Shown here piece after piece: positions 1-9,206 of a stretch of DNA of 64,000 bases. Within the stretch, counting starts at the first letter, position 1; the number at the start of each line of letters is the position of its first letter. This DNA comes from an uncultured Tessaracoccus sp. (GTDB lineage Bacteria > Actinomycetota > Actinomycetes > Propionibacteriales > Propionibacteriaceae), in contig NZ_CALUCN010000003.1 in the NCBI RefSeq assembly GCF_943914565.1, positions 97,054-161,053 on the forward strand, in the 5' to 3' direction. The notes beneath the pieces are model-generated. The model was not told the DNA's origin. It ran no database searches and worked only from the letters and a program-made list of their open reading frames with translations. The translations under genes and the position numbers were made by a program.

Positions 1-1
1 C

Positions 2-1096
2 GTGCGGCAGGGCGCCGTCGTCGCGTGGATCTCGCCCGACTCCCTCGCAGCCCCGACGGGGGCCCGGGTCGTCGGGACGCACACCGACTCCCCGGCGTTC
101 AAGGTGAAGCCGGGCGAGCTGCTGCAGAGCGCCGGCTGGACGCAGATCGGCGTCGAGATCTACGGCGGCCCGCTGCTCAACTCGTGGCTTGACCGCGACC
201 TGGGCGTCGCTGGCCGCCTCGTCACGCGCGACGGCGCGGTGCACCTCGTGCGCACCGGCGCGATCGCGCGCATCCCGCAGCTCGCGATCCACCTCGACCG
301 CGGAGCCAACGACCAACTGCACCTCGACAAGCAGCTCCATCTGCAGCCCATCCTCACCACGGCGCCGAAGGGCGGGCTCATGGACCACCTCGCGGAGCTC
401 GCCGGGGTGCGCCGCGACGACATCGCCTTCCACGACCTGCACACGTTCGACACCCAGGCCCCGCAGGTGATCGGCCTCAACGACGAGTTCCTCGCCTCCG
501 GCCGCCTCGACAACCTCGCCTGCACGCACGCGGCGCTCGTCGCGATGGAACGGGCCGAGCCCGCGGAGCACCTCCAGCTCTTCGCCGCGTTCGACCACGA
601 GGAGGTCGGCTCCGGCACCACGACGGGCGCCGCCGGGCCGCTGCTCGAGGATGTCCTGGCCCGCATCACCGCCCGCCACGGGCTCGACGTGGACGCCACC
701 CGCGCGTTCATCGCGCGCTCGTCGTGCGTCTCGGCCGACACCGGCCACCTTGTCCACCCGAACTACCCCAACCACCACGACCCTGTCGTGCGCCCGCAGG
801 TCAACCAGGGCCCGCTGCTGAAGCTCAACGCGCAGCAGCGCTACGCCTCCGACGCCGTCGGCACCACCATCTGGCTCGACGCGTGCCAGCGGGCCGGGGT
901 GCCCACGCAGCCGTTCGTCAGCAACAACGCGATGCCCTGCGGCACGACGATCGGCCCGCTCACCGCGACGAGGCTCGGCATGACCACGGTCGACGTCGGT
1001 GTGGGCCTGTTGTCCATGCACTCCGCCCGCGAGATGTGTGGCGTCGACGACCCGGGCCACCTCGCCGCGGCCTGCCAGGCGTACTGGGCGGGCTGA
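2..1096 (+). CDS. M18 family aminopeptidase (aspartyl aminopeptidase-like), 5' partial
   Basis: Long ORF running off the window start. Motifs typical of M18 aminopeptidases (VVGTHTDSPAFKVKP, EEVGSGTTTG, CGTTIGP). Convergent with the downstream ABC ATPase. Confidence 0.85.
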   Translation: MRQGAVVAWISPDSLAAPTGARVVGTHTDSPAFKVKPGELLQSAGWTQIGVEIYGGPLLNSWLDRDLGVAGRLVTRDGAVHLVRTGAIARIPQLAIHLDRGANDQLHLDKQLHLQPILTTAPKGGLMDHLAELAGVRRDDIAFHDLHTFDTQAPQVIGLNDEFLASGRLDNLACTHAALVAMERAEPAEHLQLFAAFDHEEVGSGTTTGAAGPLLEDVLARITARHGLDVDATRAFIARSSCVSADTGHLVHPNYPNHHDPVVRPQVNQGPLLKLNAQQRYASDAVGTTIWLDACQRAGVPTQPFVSNNAMPCGTTIGPLTATRLGMTTVDVGVGLLSMHSAREMCGVDDPGHLAAACQAYWAG

Positions 1097-1100
1097 GCCC

Positions 1101-1949
1101 TCAGCTCGCGCGCTGCTGGGACGCCGGGAACGCGCCGGCGTTGGCGCCCGCGGTGACGAGGGCGCGGGCCTTGTTCGCGCCGCCGGAGCGCGGCACGTAG
1201 AAGTATGCGATCGGGCAGCCGGCGCACTCGCCGATCTCCATCTCGACGTCGAACACCTCGTGGAGGAGATCCTCGCGCACGATCTCCCTCGGCGTGCCGA
1301 CGGCGACGACACGGCCGTGCTTCATCGCGACGATCTGGTCGGCCCAGCAGGAGGCGTAGTTGATGTCGTGCACGACGATGACGACGGTCTTGCCGAGCTC
1401 GTCGGCAGCGCGGCGAAGCGTCATGAGCATGCCCTGCGAGTGGGCGACGTCGAGGTTGTTCAGCGGTTCGTCGAGGAGGACGTAGCGGGTGTCCTGCGCG
1501 AGCACCATCGCGACGAAGGCGCGCTGGCGCTGCCCGCCCGACATCTCGTCGAGGAACCGGTCGCGCAGCTCCGTGAGGTCCATCCACTCGATCGCCTGGT
1601 CGACGATGCGCCGGTCCTCGGCGGTCATCCTGCCTTGTGAGTGAGGGAACCGGCCGAAGCTGACGAGGTCCAGCACCGTGAGCCGGGCGGGCATCTCGTT
1701 GGACTGCCGGAGGATCGCCAGCGTCTTGGCGAGTTCGCGGGAGTCGCTGCGGTCCACGTCGAGACCACCGACCGTGATGCGCCCGGCATCCTTCTCCAGC
1801 AACCGCGCGATCATCGACAGCAGCGTCGACTTGCCCGCACCGTTGGCGCCCACGATGGCGGTCACGCCGCCGTCGGGGAGCTCGAGCGAGACCCCGTCGA
1901 CGACGAGGGACTTGCCGTAGGACTTGCTGACGTCGCTGACCTTGATCAC
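1101..1949 (-). CDS. iron-siderophore ABC transporter ATP-binding protein (FecE/FhuC-like)
   Basis: Walker A GANGAGKST, signature LSGGQRQR, Walker B LLDEP. GTG start overlaps the upstream permease stop (GTGA). The 686 aa six-frame ORF is an artefact; only the C-terminal 282 aa are genic. Confidence 0.9.
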   Translation of the reverse strand: MIKVSDVSKSYGKSLVVDGVSLELPDGGVTAIVGANGAGKSTLLSMIARLLEKDAGRITVGGLDVDRSDSRELAKTLAILRQSNEMPARLTVLDLVSFGRFPHSQGRMTAEDRRIVDQAIEWMDLTELRDRFLDEMSGGQRQRAFVAMVLAQDTRYVLLDEPLNNLDVAHSQGMLMTLRRAADELGKTVVIVVHDINYASCWADQIVAMKHGRVVAVGTPREIVREDLLHEVFDVEMEIGECAGCPIAYFYVPRSGGANKARALVTAGANAGAFPASQQRAS

Positions 1950-2926
1950 TTGCCACTCCTCACCACGAGCCAGATGAACACGATGCCGCCCACGAATTCG
2001 ACGACGACGCTGAGCACGGTGGCCATGCCGAAGCCGTGCTCCAGGACGGTCTGCCCGCCCACGAGCAGCAGTGCGCCGAGCGCACCGGCCATGGGCAGCA
2101 GGATCCGGTGCTTGGCGGTGCCGCCGACGAGGTTCGCGATCGCGGCGACGATCAGCCCCAGGAACGTGATGGGTCCGACGAGCGCCGTCGAGACCGCCAC
2201 GAGCAGCACCGATGCAAGCATGACGCGTCGGACGACGCGTCGGTAGGGGACCCCGAGCGAGACCGCGGGGTCGTGGCCGAGCAGCACCACGTCGAGCGTG
2301 GCGGCCTGCCGCACGAGCCACACCGAGACCAGCGCGACGACGCCCGCAGAGACCCACAGCAACGTCGGGTCCACGAGTGTGAACGACGCGAAGAGCTGCT
2401 GCTGCAGCACGAGGTACGACGTGGGGTCGAGCACGCGCTGCAGCAGGGTCGAGGCCGAGCGCAGCACCGCGCCCAGGACGAGACCGGCGAGCACCAGGAC
2501 GTGCACCGAGCGGCGCTCGCGGCCGAAGAGCAACGTGACGAGGCCGAGCGTCGCGACGAGGATCAACGCGGTGGTGAGCGCGAACATCGGCACCGCGCCG
2601 ATCGTCGTGGTGAACGTGACGCCGAGCACCACCACGAGCATCGTCTGCAGGAAGACGTAGAGGGCGTCGAGCCCCATGATCGACGGCGTGAGCAGGCGGT
2701 TGTGCGTCACGGTCTGGAACGCGACGGTGGCGATACCGGTGGCCCAGCCGACGAGCACCATGCTCGCGAGTTTCGGCAGCCGGAGCTCCATCACGAATGC
2801 GAGGTTGCTGCGCACGCCGAGGGTCAGGAACCCCACCGACGCGAGCGCGACCAGCGCGGCGACGAGCGCGACGCGGGTGCCGGGCCCGAGGCGGCGGGTG
2901 GGGGAGGGTGCGACGGTGGTGGTCAT
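1946..2926 (-). CDS. FecCD-family iron-siderophore ABC permease
   Basis: Multi-TM hydrophobic protein with FecCD/BtuC-like composition. ATGA overlap with the upstream permease and GTGA overlap with the ATPase. Confidence 0.85.
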   Translation of the reverse strand: MTTTVAPSPTRRLGPGTRVALVAALVALASVGFLTLGVRSNLAFVMELRLPKLASMVLVGWATGIATVAFQTVTHNRLLTPSIMGLDALYVFLQTMLVVVLGVTFTTTIGAVPMFALTTALILVATLGLVTLLFGRERRSVHVLVLAGLVLGAVLRSASTLLQRVLDPTSYLVLQQQLFASFTLVDPTLLWVSAGVVALVSVWLVRQAATLDVVLLGHDPAVSLGVPYRRVVRRVMLASVLLVAVSTALVGPITFLGLIVAAIANLVGGTAKHRILLPMAGALGALLLVGGQTVLEHGFGMATVLSVVVEFVGGIVFIWLVVRSGK

Positions 2927-3927
2927 GCCCTGCCCATCCTTCCGCCGAGGAGCAGCACCAGGAACACGATGCCGCCCAGGATGCCGGAGATCGTGCCGAC
3001 GGGGATCTCGTAGGGGTGGTTGATGGTGCGGGCGAGGAGGTCGCACACGAGCACGAAGCCGGCGCCCAGCAGCGCGCACCAGCCGATGTTGCGACGCAGG
3101 TTGTCGCCCAGCCACATGCTGACGAGGTTCGGCACCACGAGGCCGATGAACGGGATGGCACCCACGACGACGAGCGTGATCGCGCTGGCGGTCGCGACGA
3201 GTGAGAGTCCGAGGTTCACCGTCGAGCGGTAGCTGAGGCCGAGCCCCGTCGCCATGTCCTCGCCCAGGGACGCGACCGTGAACCGGTCGGCGAACAACCA
3301 CACGAGCGCGCCGACGCCGGCGAGCAGCCAGAGGAGTTCGTAGCGGCCGCGGAGGACACCGGCGAAGTCGCCCGCCATCCACGTGCCGAGCGCCTGGAGA
3401 AGATCGTGGCGGTAGGCGACGAAGGTCGTGCCCGCGGCGATGACCCCGCCCAGCATGATGCCCACCAGCGGCACGGCCACGACCGGCGCAGCCGGCGGCA
3501 GTGCACGGACGAGAGCCGTGAACGCCCACGTGCCCAGCAACGCCGTCGCCATCGCGACGAGCATCTTCACCACGACGGGGGCGCCGGGGGCGAGCAGGGT
3601 GACCGCGAGGATCCCGACGGTGGCGGACTCCGGCGTGCCGACGGTGCCGGGCTCGACGTAACGGTTGCGCACGAGCAGCTGCATGAGCAGGCCGCTCAGC
3701 GCGAGCGCGGCGCCGGCGAGCAGGACCGCGACCGTGCGTGGGATGCGGGCGGCGAACAGCACGAGCCGCTGCTCGGCGTCGAGCCCTCGGAAGAGGTCGG
3801 TGATGCCGAACTCCTGCACGCCGATGAACAGGCTCACCGCAGCCAGGAGCAGGAGCGCGACGAGACCGCCGACCCAGCCGATGCGCTGGGCGGCGGTCCG
3901 CGTCGGGTGCTGCAGCGTGGTGGTCAT
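2923..3927 (-). CDS. FecCD-family iron-siderophore ABC permease
   Basis: Second paralogous permease (starts MTTTLQHP). 4-bp overlaps with flanking genes. Confidence 0.85.
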   Translation of the reverse strand: MTTTLQHPTRTAAQRIGWVGGLVALLLLAAVSLFIGVQEFGITDLFRGLDAEQRLVLFAARIPRTVAVLLAGAALALSGLLMQLLVRNRYVEPGTVGTPESATVGILAVTLLAPGAPVVVKMLVAMATALLGTWAFTALVRALPPAAPVVAVPLVGIMLGGVIAAGTTFVAYRHDLLQALGTWMAGDFAGVLRGRYELLWLLAGVGALVWLFADRFTVASLGEDMATGLGLSYRSTVNLGLSLVATASAITLVVVGAIPFIGLVVPNLVSMWLGDNLRRNIGWCALLGAGFVLVCDLLARTINHPYEIPVGTISGILGGIVFLVLLLGGRMGRA

Positions 3928-4883
3928 GCGGCCTTGAGCAGCTCCTCGAGCATGGCCTTGGCGTTGTCGACGCCGTGGAGCATGAGGTACCAGCGGCCGC
4001 CGTCGAGGTAGACGACCTTCTCGTCCTTCCATGCGGTGGTCGAGTGCACGAGCTCGTTGTCGAGCACCTGCTGCGCGGCCTGACCACCCTCGGCGCCGAT
4101 CGCCGCGTCGCGGTCCATCACGTAGAGGATGTCGGGGTTGGCCTTCTGGATCGCCTCGAACGAGATGGCGTCGCCGTGGGCCTGCTCGCCGTCGGCCTGC
4201 TGCTTGATCGCCGGGGTGAGGCCGAGGCCGTCGTAGGCGAGGTCGAACCGGCCGCCGGGGTGGACGGCGCTGAGCTTGCCGCCGGAGCTCATCAGCATGA
4301 GCACCGCCTTCTCCGCGGGGATCTTGCCCTTGGCGTCGGCGATCGTGGACTTGAGGTCCTTGAGCTTCGTGTCCATCTCGGACTCCTTGCCGACGGCCTT
4401 GGCGACGATCTTCGCCGAGTACGCGACGCCCTCGTAGTAGTCGTCCTTGGTGTCGTAGGTGACGTCGACGGTGGGGAACTTCCCCATGAGCTCCTTGGCG
4501 AGCTTGGAGGTGCGGAAGCCGGCGATGACGAGGTCCGGGTCGAGCTCGGCGATGGCTTCGAGGTCGGGCTCCTTCAGGGTGCCGACGTCGGCGTACTTGT
4601 CGTCGCTGAACTGCTCGAGGGCCTTCGGCAGCGGGGTGCCCTTGGGGAGGCCGACCACCTTGTCCTGCAGACCCAGGGTCTGGAGGTTGTCGAGGCTGCC
4701 GAGGTCGAGCACGACGATGCGCTCGGCCGGGCCGTCGAGCTCGGTGGTGCCGGCGGTGTGGGTGATCGAGATCTTCTCGTCACCGGAGGCGGGTTCGGAG
4801 CCGCCCGTCGCGGAGGAGCCGCAGGCCGTCGTGAGGGCAATGAGACCGGCAGCGAGGGTGGCTGCCAGGCGCTGTAGCTTCAT
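3924..4883 (-). CDS. siderophore/iron(III) ABC substrate-binding lipoprotein
   Basis: Signal peptide plus lipobox (LTTAC). Periplasmic binding protein cluster-8 like sequence. First gene of the operon. Confidence 0.85.
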   Translation of the reverse strand: MKLQRLAATLAAGLIALTTACGSSATGGSEPASGDEKISITHTAGTTELDGPAERIVVLDLGSLDNLQTLGLQDKVVGLPKGTPLPKALEQFSDDKYADVGTLKEPDLEAIAELDPDLVIAGFRTSKLAKELMGKFPTVDVTYDTKDDYYEGVAYSAKIVAKAVGKESEMDTKLKDLKSTIADAKGKIPAEKAVLMLMSSGGKLSAVHPGGRFDLAYDGLGLTPAIKQQADGEQAHGDAISFEAIQKANPDILYVMDRDAAIGAEGGQAAQQVLDNELVHSTTAWKDEKVVYLDGGRWYLMLHGVDNAKAMLEELLKAA

Positions 4884-4924
4884 CGGAACTCTTTCGTGTT
4901 CGTTGGTGTTCGGTTCGTCGCGAC

Positions 4925-4943
4925 TTAGGTGAGCCTAACCTAG
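4925..4943. promoter_or_regulatory. IdeR/DtxR iron box (TTAGGTGAGCCTAACCTAG)
   Basis: 16/19 match to the consensus TTAGGTTAGGCTAACCTAA. Lies about 40 bp upstream of the binding-protein gene start in the divergent promoter region shared with a GNAT gene. Confidence 0.6.
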
Positions 4944-4998
4944 GTCGGTGGACCGATCAACCATCCTCCGGTATTTGAGAAAGGGATATGTATCGAAA

Positions 4999-5535
4999 AT
5001 GGGTGACGTCGTGATCCGATCCGCTCGCGTCGACGAATCCGACGCCGTGGCCGCGCTCGCAGCGGCGACGTTTCCCGACGCCTGCCCCGCTTCGATGCCC
5101 GAGGTGGCCATCCGGGCGTACATCGACGCGCACCTCTCGCCAGCACGCATCGCGGAGCACCTGATGGGCGACCAAGCGGAGGTGATCGTCGGGGAGCGGG
5201 CGGGGGAGCTCGTGGGGTACGTGCTGCTGTTCCGCGGCGACGCGGGCCGGCCGCCGACGGGTTCCGGGGTCACGGTCTCCCCGACGGCGTTGCTGTCCAA
5301 GTGCTACGTCCGGGCCGGGGTGCGCGGGGGTGGGGTTGCGGCCCAGCTGCTCGACGCCGCGCTCGAGTGGGGTCGCACGGAGGGCCTCGGCGGGCTGTGG
5401 CTGAACGTCAACCACGCCAACCACCGTGCGCAGCGCTTCTACGCCAAGCATGGATGGGAGCGGGTGGGCGAGCTGGACTTCCTCGTCGGCGACGTCGTCA
5501 ACCACGACCCGGTGTACCAGTACCCGCTCGACTGA
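4999..5535 (+). CDS. GNAT family N-acetyltransferase
   Basis: Acetyl-CoA binding motif region (RGGGVAAQLLDAALEW, YAKHGW). Start ambiguous (ATG 4999 or upstream 4948). Confidence 0.7.
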   Translation: MGDVVIRSARVDESDAVAALAAATFPDACPASMPEVAIRAYIDAHLSPARIAEHLMGDQAEVIVGERAGELVGYVLLFRGDAGRPPTGSGVTVSPTALLSKCYVRAGVRGGGVAAQLLDAALEWGRTEGLGGLWLNVNHANHRAQRFYAKHGWERVGELDFLVGDVVNHDPVYQYPLD

Positions 5536-5685
5536 CGCTTGTCGGGCGGCGGATCGGGGTGGTGGCACCCTGTGCTGCGCTGTCCCGGCACAGGTTGCAG
5601 GTGGTCCGGGGCCCGCGACGCCGGGCCCCCGTCGGCGCTGTCGGGGATTCGGCCCCTACTCAGGCGGGGACTAGACTGGGCCAGC

Positions 5686-6759
5686 GTGGCACTCACGATT
5701 GGAATCGTCGGCCTTCCCAACGCCGGCAAGTCGACCCTGTTCAACGCGCTGACGCGCAACGACGTGCTCGCCGCGAACTATCCCTTCGCGACGATCGAGC
5801 CCAACGTGGGCGTGGTCGGGGTGCCGGACCCGCGGCTGGCGCGGCTGGCCGAGATCTTCGAGTCGGAGAAGATCATCCCTGCGACGGTGAGCTTCGTCGA
5901 CATCGCGGGCATCGTGAAGGGGGCGAGCCAGGGCGAGGGCATGGGCAACGCGTTCCTCGCCAACATCCGCGAGGCCGACGCGATCTGCCAGGTCACGCGC
6001 GTCTTCGAGGACGACGACATCCTCCACGTCAACGGTGAGGTGAACCCCGCCAACGACATCGACACCATCAACACCGAGCTCATCCTCGCCGACCTGCAGA
6101 CCGTCGACAAGGCGCTGCCGCGGGTGGAGAAGGAGGCGAAGATCAAGAAGGAGACCCGCCCGAAGTTCGAGGCCTTCGCCGCAGCGAAGGAGGCGCTCGA
6201 GGCGGGCGTGCCGGTGCGCAACGCCGACGTGGACCACGAGCTCCTGCGTGAGCTGCACCTGCTCACCGCGAAGCCCTACATCTACGTCTTCAACTGCTCG
6301 CAGGAGGAACTCGCCGACGAAGCCCTCAAGGCTCGCATGCGCGACGTCGTGGCTCCGGCGGAGGCGATCTTCCTCGACGCGAAGTTCGAGGCCGAGCTCG
6401 TCGAGATGGAGGAGGGCGAGGCGCGCGAGTTCCTGGCCGAGGCGGGGATCGACGAGCCGGGCCTGGACGTGCTGGCGCGCGTCGGCTACGAGACGCTGGG
6501 TCTGCAGAGCTTCCTCACCGCAGGCCCGAAGGAGGCCCGCGGCTGGACGATCAAGCGCGGCTGGACCGCCCCCGAGGCCGCAGGCGTGATCCACACCGAC
6601 TTCCAGAAGGGCTTCATCAAGGCCGAGGTGATGACCTTCGACGACCTCGACGAGCTCGGCTCCGAGGCCGCCGTCCAGGCAGCCGGCAAGCTCCGCCTCG
6701 AGGGCAAGGACTACGTCATGGCCGACGGCGACGTCGTGGAGTTCAGGTTTTCAAACTGA
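5686..6759 (+). CDS. ychF: redox-regulated ATPase YchF (Obg-like GTPase family)
   Basis: G1 [20 protein letters not shown]4 NxxD region and C-terminal TGS domain ([11 protein letters not shown]). GTG start in frame. The longer six-frame ORF upstream is GC-rich run-on. Confidence 0.9.
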   Translation: MALTIGIVGLPNAGKSTLFNALTRNDVLAANYPFATIEPNVGVVGVPDPRLARLAEIFESEKIIPATVSFVDIAGIVKGASQGEGMGNAFLANIREADAICQVTRVFEDDDILHVNGEVNPANDIDTINTELILADLQTVDKALPRVEKEAKIKKETRPKFEAFAAAKEALEAGVPVRNADVDHELLRELHLLTAKPYIYVFNCSQEELADEALKARMRDVVAPAEAIFLDAKFEAELVEMEEGEAREFLAEAGIDEPGLDVLARVGYETLGLQSFLTAGPKEARGWTIKRGWTAPEAAGVIHTDFQKGFIKAEVMTFDDLDELGSEAAVQAAGKLRLEGKDYVMADGDVVEFRFSN

Positions 6760-6912
6760 TTCTTGGGGGTTGAAGGGGAGAACTGGAGTCGAGCAGGTGC
6801 AGCTCCATGAAGCTGCGCTGCGGTACTCTGGAGTGGAGCATCTGTTCTGCTCATCGCTCATCGCGGTGGCAGTACCTGGACTGAGGCCTTGGGTATCTGA
6901 GGAGGGGCTGAG

Positions 6913-7263
6913 ATGAGCTCTACCAAGTTCGTCATTCGCATGATCACGGTTGACTGTGAGGACCCAGCGCGGCTTGCGGCGTTCTGGTCTCAAGCCACGG
7001 GGTGCCCTGTAGCTGCTGACTACGGTGACTTCGTCATGGTTGGTTCTGTTCCGGCGCTCGGGTTCCAGCGTGTCCCGGAAACAAGGTCTGGAAAAAACCG
7101 CATTCACTTCGACGGTGGTGGAGAAGACCGTGAAGTCTTGGTTCGTCGGCTCCGTGACCTTGGGGCGACCGAACACGAGACTCGCAGCGTTCCCGGGCTG
7201 ACGTGGACTGTCATGACCGATCCAGAAGGCAACTACTTCTGTGTTGGTAACCCCGAGGGATGA
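6913..7263 (+). CDS. VOC (glyoxalase/bleomycin-resistance fold) family protein
   Basis: 116 aa with the typical VOC pattern. Good SD (GAGGAGG) before the ATG. Lies in a region of clearly lower GC than the surroundings. Confidence 0.75.
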   Translation: MSSTKFVIRMITVDCEDPARLAAFWSQATGCPVAADYGDFVMVGSVPALGFQRVPETRSGKNRIHFDGGGEDREVLVRRLRDLGATEHETRSVPGLTWTVMTDPEGNYFCVGNPEG

Positions 7264-7429
7264 GTACTGTGGGGATGCTCAGCCTGTAATCAGGCAGCGT
7301 GAGCTGTCCATGCAGCCTCACAAGCGGCGATCTTCGCACGTGATAGCTCTATCCATCAAAACTCAGTGGAGTTCCAGTTTACCGTATAGCGATGTTGACT
7401 CAATGCGTCATGTTTGGTCCGTTGGAGGG

Positions 7430-7765
7430 GTGATCAGATCCTTCGGCGACCGTGACACGGAGCTTGTGTAGTTGCGTGAACGGGCTCGGCGGATCGATCC
7501 GAGAATCCATGAGACGGCGAACCGGAAGCTGCATCAGTTGGACGCTGCCGTGTCGCTCAACTCGCTTCGGGTCCCTCCACGCCGGATCGACGAGATTGTG
7601 CATGGCAAGCGGGCGATCACGGCCGACACGGCACTGCATCTGGGGCGCTACTTCGGTGTGGAGCCGCAATTCTGGCTCAACCTGCAGTCGCGCTACGAGC
7701 TCGAGCCGGCGGCGGATCGAGTGGCCGATCAGATCGCTGCCATCGCGCCGCTGCAGACGGCATGA
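7430..7765 (+). pseudogene. higBA: higB-higA remnant: HigB toxin N-terminus fused in frame to HigA antitoxin C-terminus, with an amber codon at 7469-7471
   Basis: VIRSFGDRDTELV-stop-...ARRIDPRIHETANRKLHQLDAAVSLNSLRVPP matches the HigB (PF05015) N-terminal half. It continues directly into PRRIDEIVHGKRAITADTALHLGRYFGVEPQFWLNLQ, the HigA-family HTH C-terminus. The HigB catalytic C-half and the HigA N-half are absent. Confidence 0.55.
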
Positions 7766-7786
7766 TGGTGCCGAAACTTGGGGCTG

Positions 7787-8111
7787 CGCCACTCTGGGGT
7801 CGCGTCGCCGTGGTCACGGGTGTGAGCCGGCGGCAGGGGCATTGGATAGGCGAGTGCGGTGCGGTTGGCGGCGGCTGGCGCTGACCTCTTCATCACTCAT
7901 CATCGTGCTCATGACGAATCTCAGCCGCGCGGTCTTGATGACGTCGGGGGCAGGGACTCGGGCCTCTGTCTGGAGACGTTGCCTACGGGGCGTCCAATGT
8001 GGGGATGTCGGGAATCACACTGACCTTGGCCGACCAGCTCTCCGACGATGGCATCACGCTCAACACCGTGAATCCGCGCCCGGTCGATACTGGCTACATG
8101 ACGCCTTCGTG
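7787..8111 (+). pseudogene. short-chain dehydrogenase/reductase (SDR) remnant, frameshifted with a large internal deletion
   Basis: Three frames carry SDR pieces: GRVAVVTGVSRRQGIG (Rossmann N-terminus), VRLAAAGADLFITHH, and AYGASNVGMSGITLTLADQLSDDGITLNTVNPRPVDTGYM (YxxxK region to C-terminal PG motif). Only about 320 bp remain of an expected ~750 bp. Confidence 0.5.
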
Positions 8112-8221
8112 ATGTATCCAAGTGCCTGAAGGTGGTCGAGTTCAGGTTCAGTCGTTGGTTCCTGCTCTCCAACCGGCATGTGATCGTCGGGCGATGTCCC
8201 GCCCGGGGATCACATGCCACT

Positions 8222-8640
8222 TCAGTCGAGGGCGCGCAGGGGTTCGAACACTCGCGGATGGCGGTGGTCGAAGCCGGCAATGGGCTGCTGGCGGTCCAGT
8301 CCGGCGATCGTGGACATCTCGTCCTTGGCGAGTTCGAAGTCGAAGAGGTCGATGATGGCGGCGAGGCGATCCGGGTGCGTCGACTTGGCAACTGCTGCTA
8401 CCCCGCGCTGCACGTGCCAGTGCAGGATGACCTGCTGCATCGGTCTGCGTGACCAGGTCGAGGTAGTCGGTGTCGAGTGCGCAGGGAGTCCTCGAAGGCC
8501 TGCGGCACGGCCCGCTGCCGACCCAGCACGGTCAACGGCGCGTGAGCGTGGGTCACGGGAACGGGCCTCCTTCCAGCAAACGGATGCTTCTTGACGCCAC
8601 CGACCCTGCCGGCGAGGAACCCGTTCCCCTACCCCAACAC
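8222..8640 (-). pseudogene. aldo/keto reductase remnant (frameshifts and internal deletion)
   Basis: AFEDSLRTLDTDYLDLV (AKR LGTDYIDLY motif) in one frame. QQVILHWHVQRGVAAVAKSTHPDRLAAIIDLFDFELAKDEMSTIAGLD (AKR C-terminal ALAW...NLAALDLELS region) in another. About 420 bp instead of ~1 kb. Confidence 0.5.
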
Positions 8641-8669
8641 AGTGACTACAACGTCACAGGGAAGTACAT

Positions 8670-9008
8670 CTAGAGGTCCAGCAGTAGGCCAAGCACCTCG
8701 CGAATCTCAGCGAGCAGGGCTGGTCCCACTGCACCCCGGGTGGCGATGAGTCGTTCGACGGAGATTGATCGCACGTGTTGGCACTGGGCGGCTGATGGCG
8801 CCTTGAGCTGGTTCTCCTTGTCTGGCTCAACGTACACTTCCGCGCCGCTGGACCGAATGGTCCGGGTCAGCGGGACAACCTGCACCACGTTCGGCTTGCC
8901 TCGCAGTACGCCAGTGGCGGTTACGACCACGGCTGGTCGCCGGAGGCCCGCCTCGCTCCCGATCGGGGTGCCAAGATCGACCTCGACGATGTCACCCGAG
9001 GTCAGCAT
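8670..9008 (-). CDS. mazF: type II toxin MazF/PemK family endoribonuclease
   Basis: GDIVEVDLGTPIGSEAGLRRPAVVV and downstream conserved blocks typical of MazF/PemK. Start at internal Met, overlapping the antitoxin 3' end. Confidence 0.8.
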   Translation of the reverse strand: MLTSGDIVEVDLGTPIGSEAGLRRPAVVVTATGVLRGKPNVVQVVPLTRTIRSSGAEVYVEPDKENQLKAPSAAQCQHVRSISVERLIATRGAVGPALLAEIREVLGLLLDL

Positions 9009-9189
9009 CGAGCCAAGTCTCTTCCTCATCGGTGAGCTTGGCGCTCAACTCCTGCCCCATCGACAGCTGCCTCAACGCACGCAGGGCCCGATCGACCGTC
9101 TGGTCGATGGTCTCGTGGCGTTGCTGGGCCAACCTCGTGATGCGGCTGTGTGTCTGGCGGCTGACCCGGATGGTGGTGGTGTCGCGCAT
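8992..9189 (-). CDS. mazE: MazE-like antitoxin (small DNA-binding protein)
   Basis: 65 aa ORF immediately upstream of and overlapping mazF by 17 bp. Basic N-terminus (RVSRQTHSRITRLAQQ) and acidic C-terminus, as expected for an antitoxin. Confidence 0.6.
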   Translation of the reverse strand: MRDTTTIRVSRQTHSRITRLAQQRHETIDQTVDRALRALRQLSMGQELSAKLTDEEETWLDADLG

Positions 9190-9206
9190 GAGTCCAGCCT
9201 ACCGCG

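Noticed and set aside
1101-3161. 686-aa ORF suggesting a large fusion protein.
   Set aside because: Only the C-terminal 282 aa form an ABC ATPase. The rest is run-on through the antisense of the permease gene. A GTG start with GTGA overlap gives a normal-sized gene.
8132-8452. Plus-strand ORFs (8132..8452, 8214..8594) across the AKR remnant.
   Set aside because: No motifs. They lie antisense to recognisable AKR motif fragments, so they are probably spurious.
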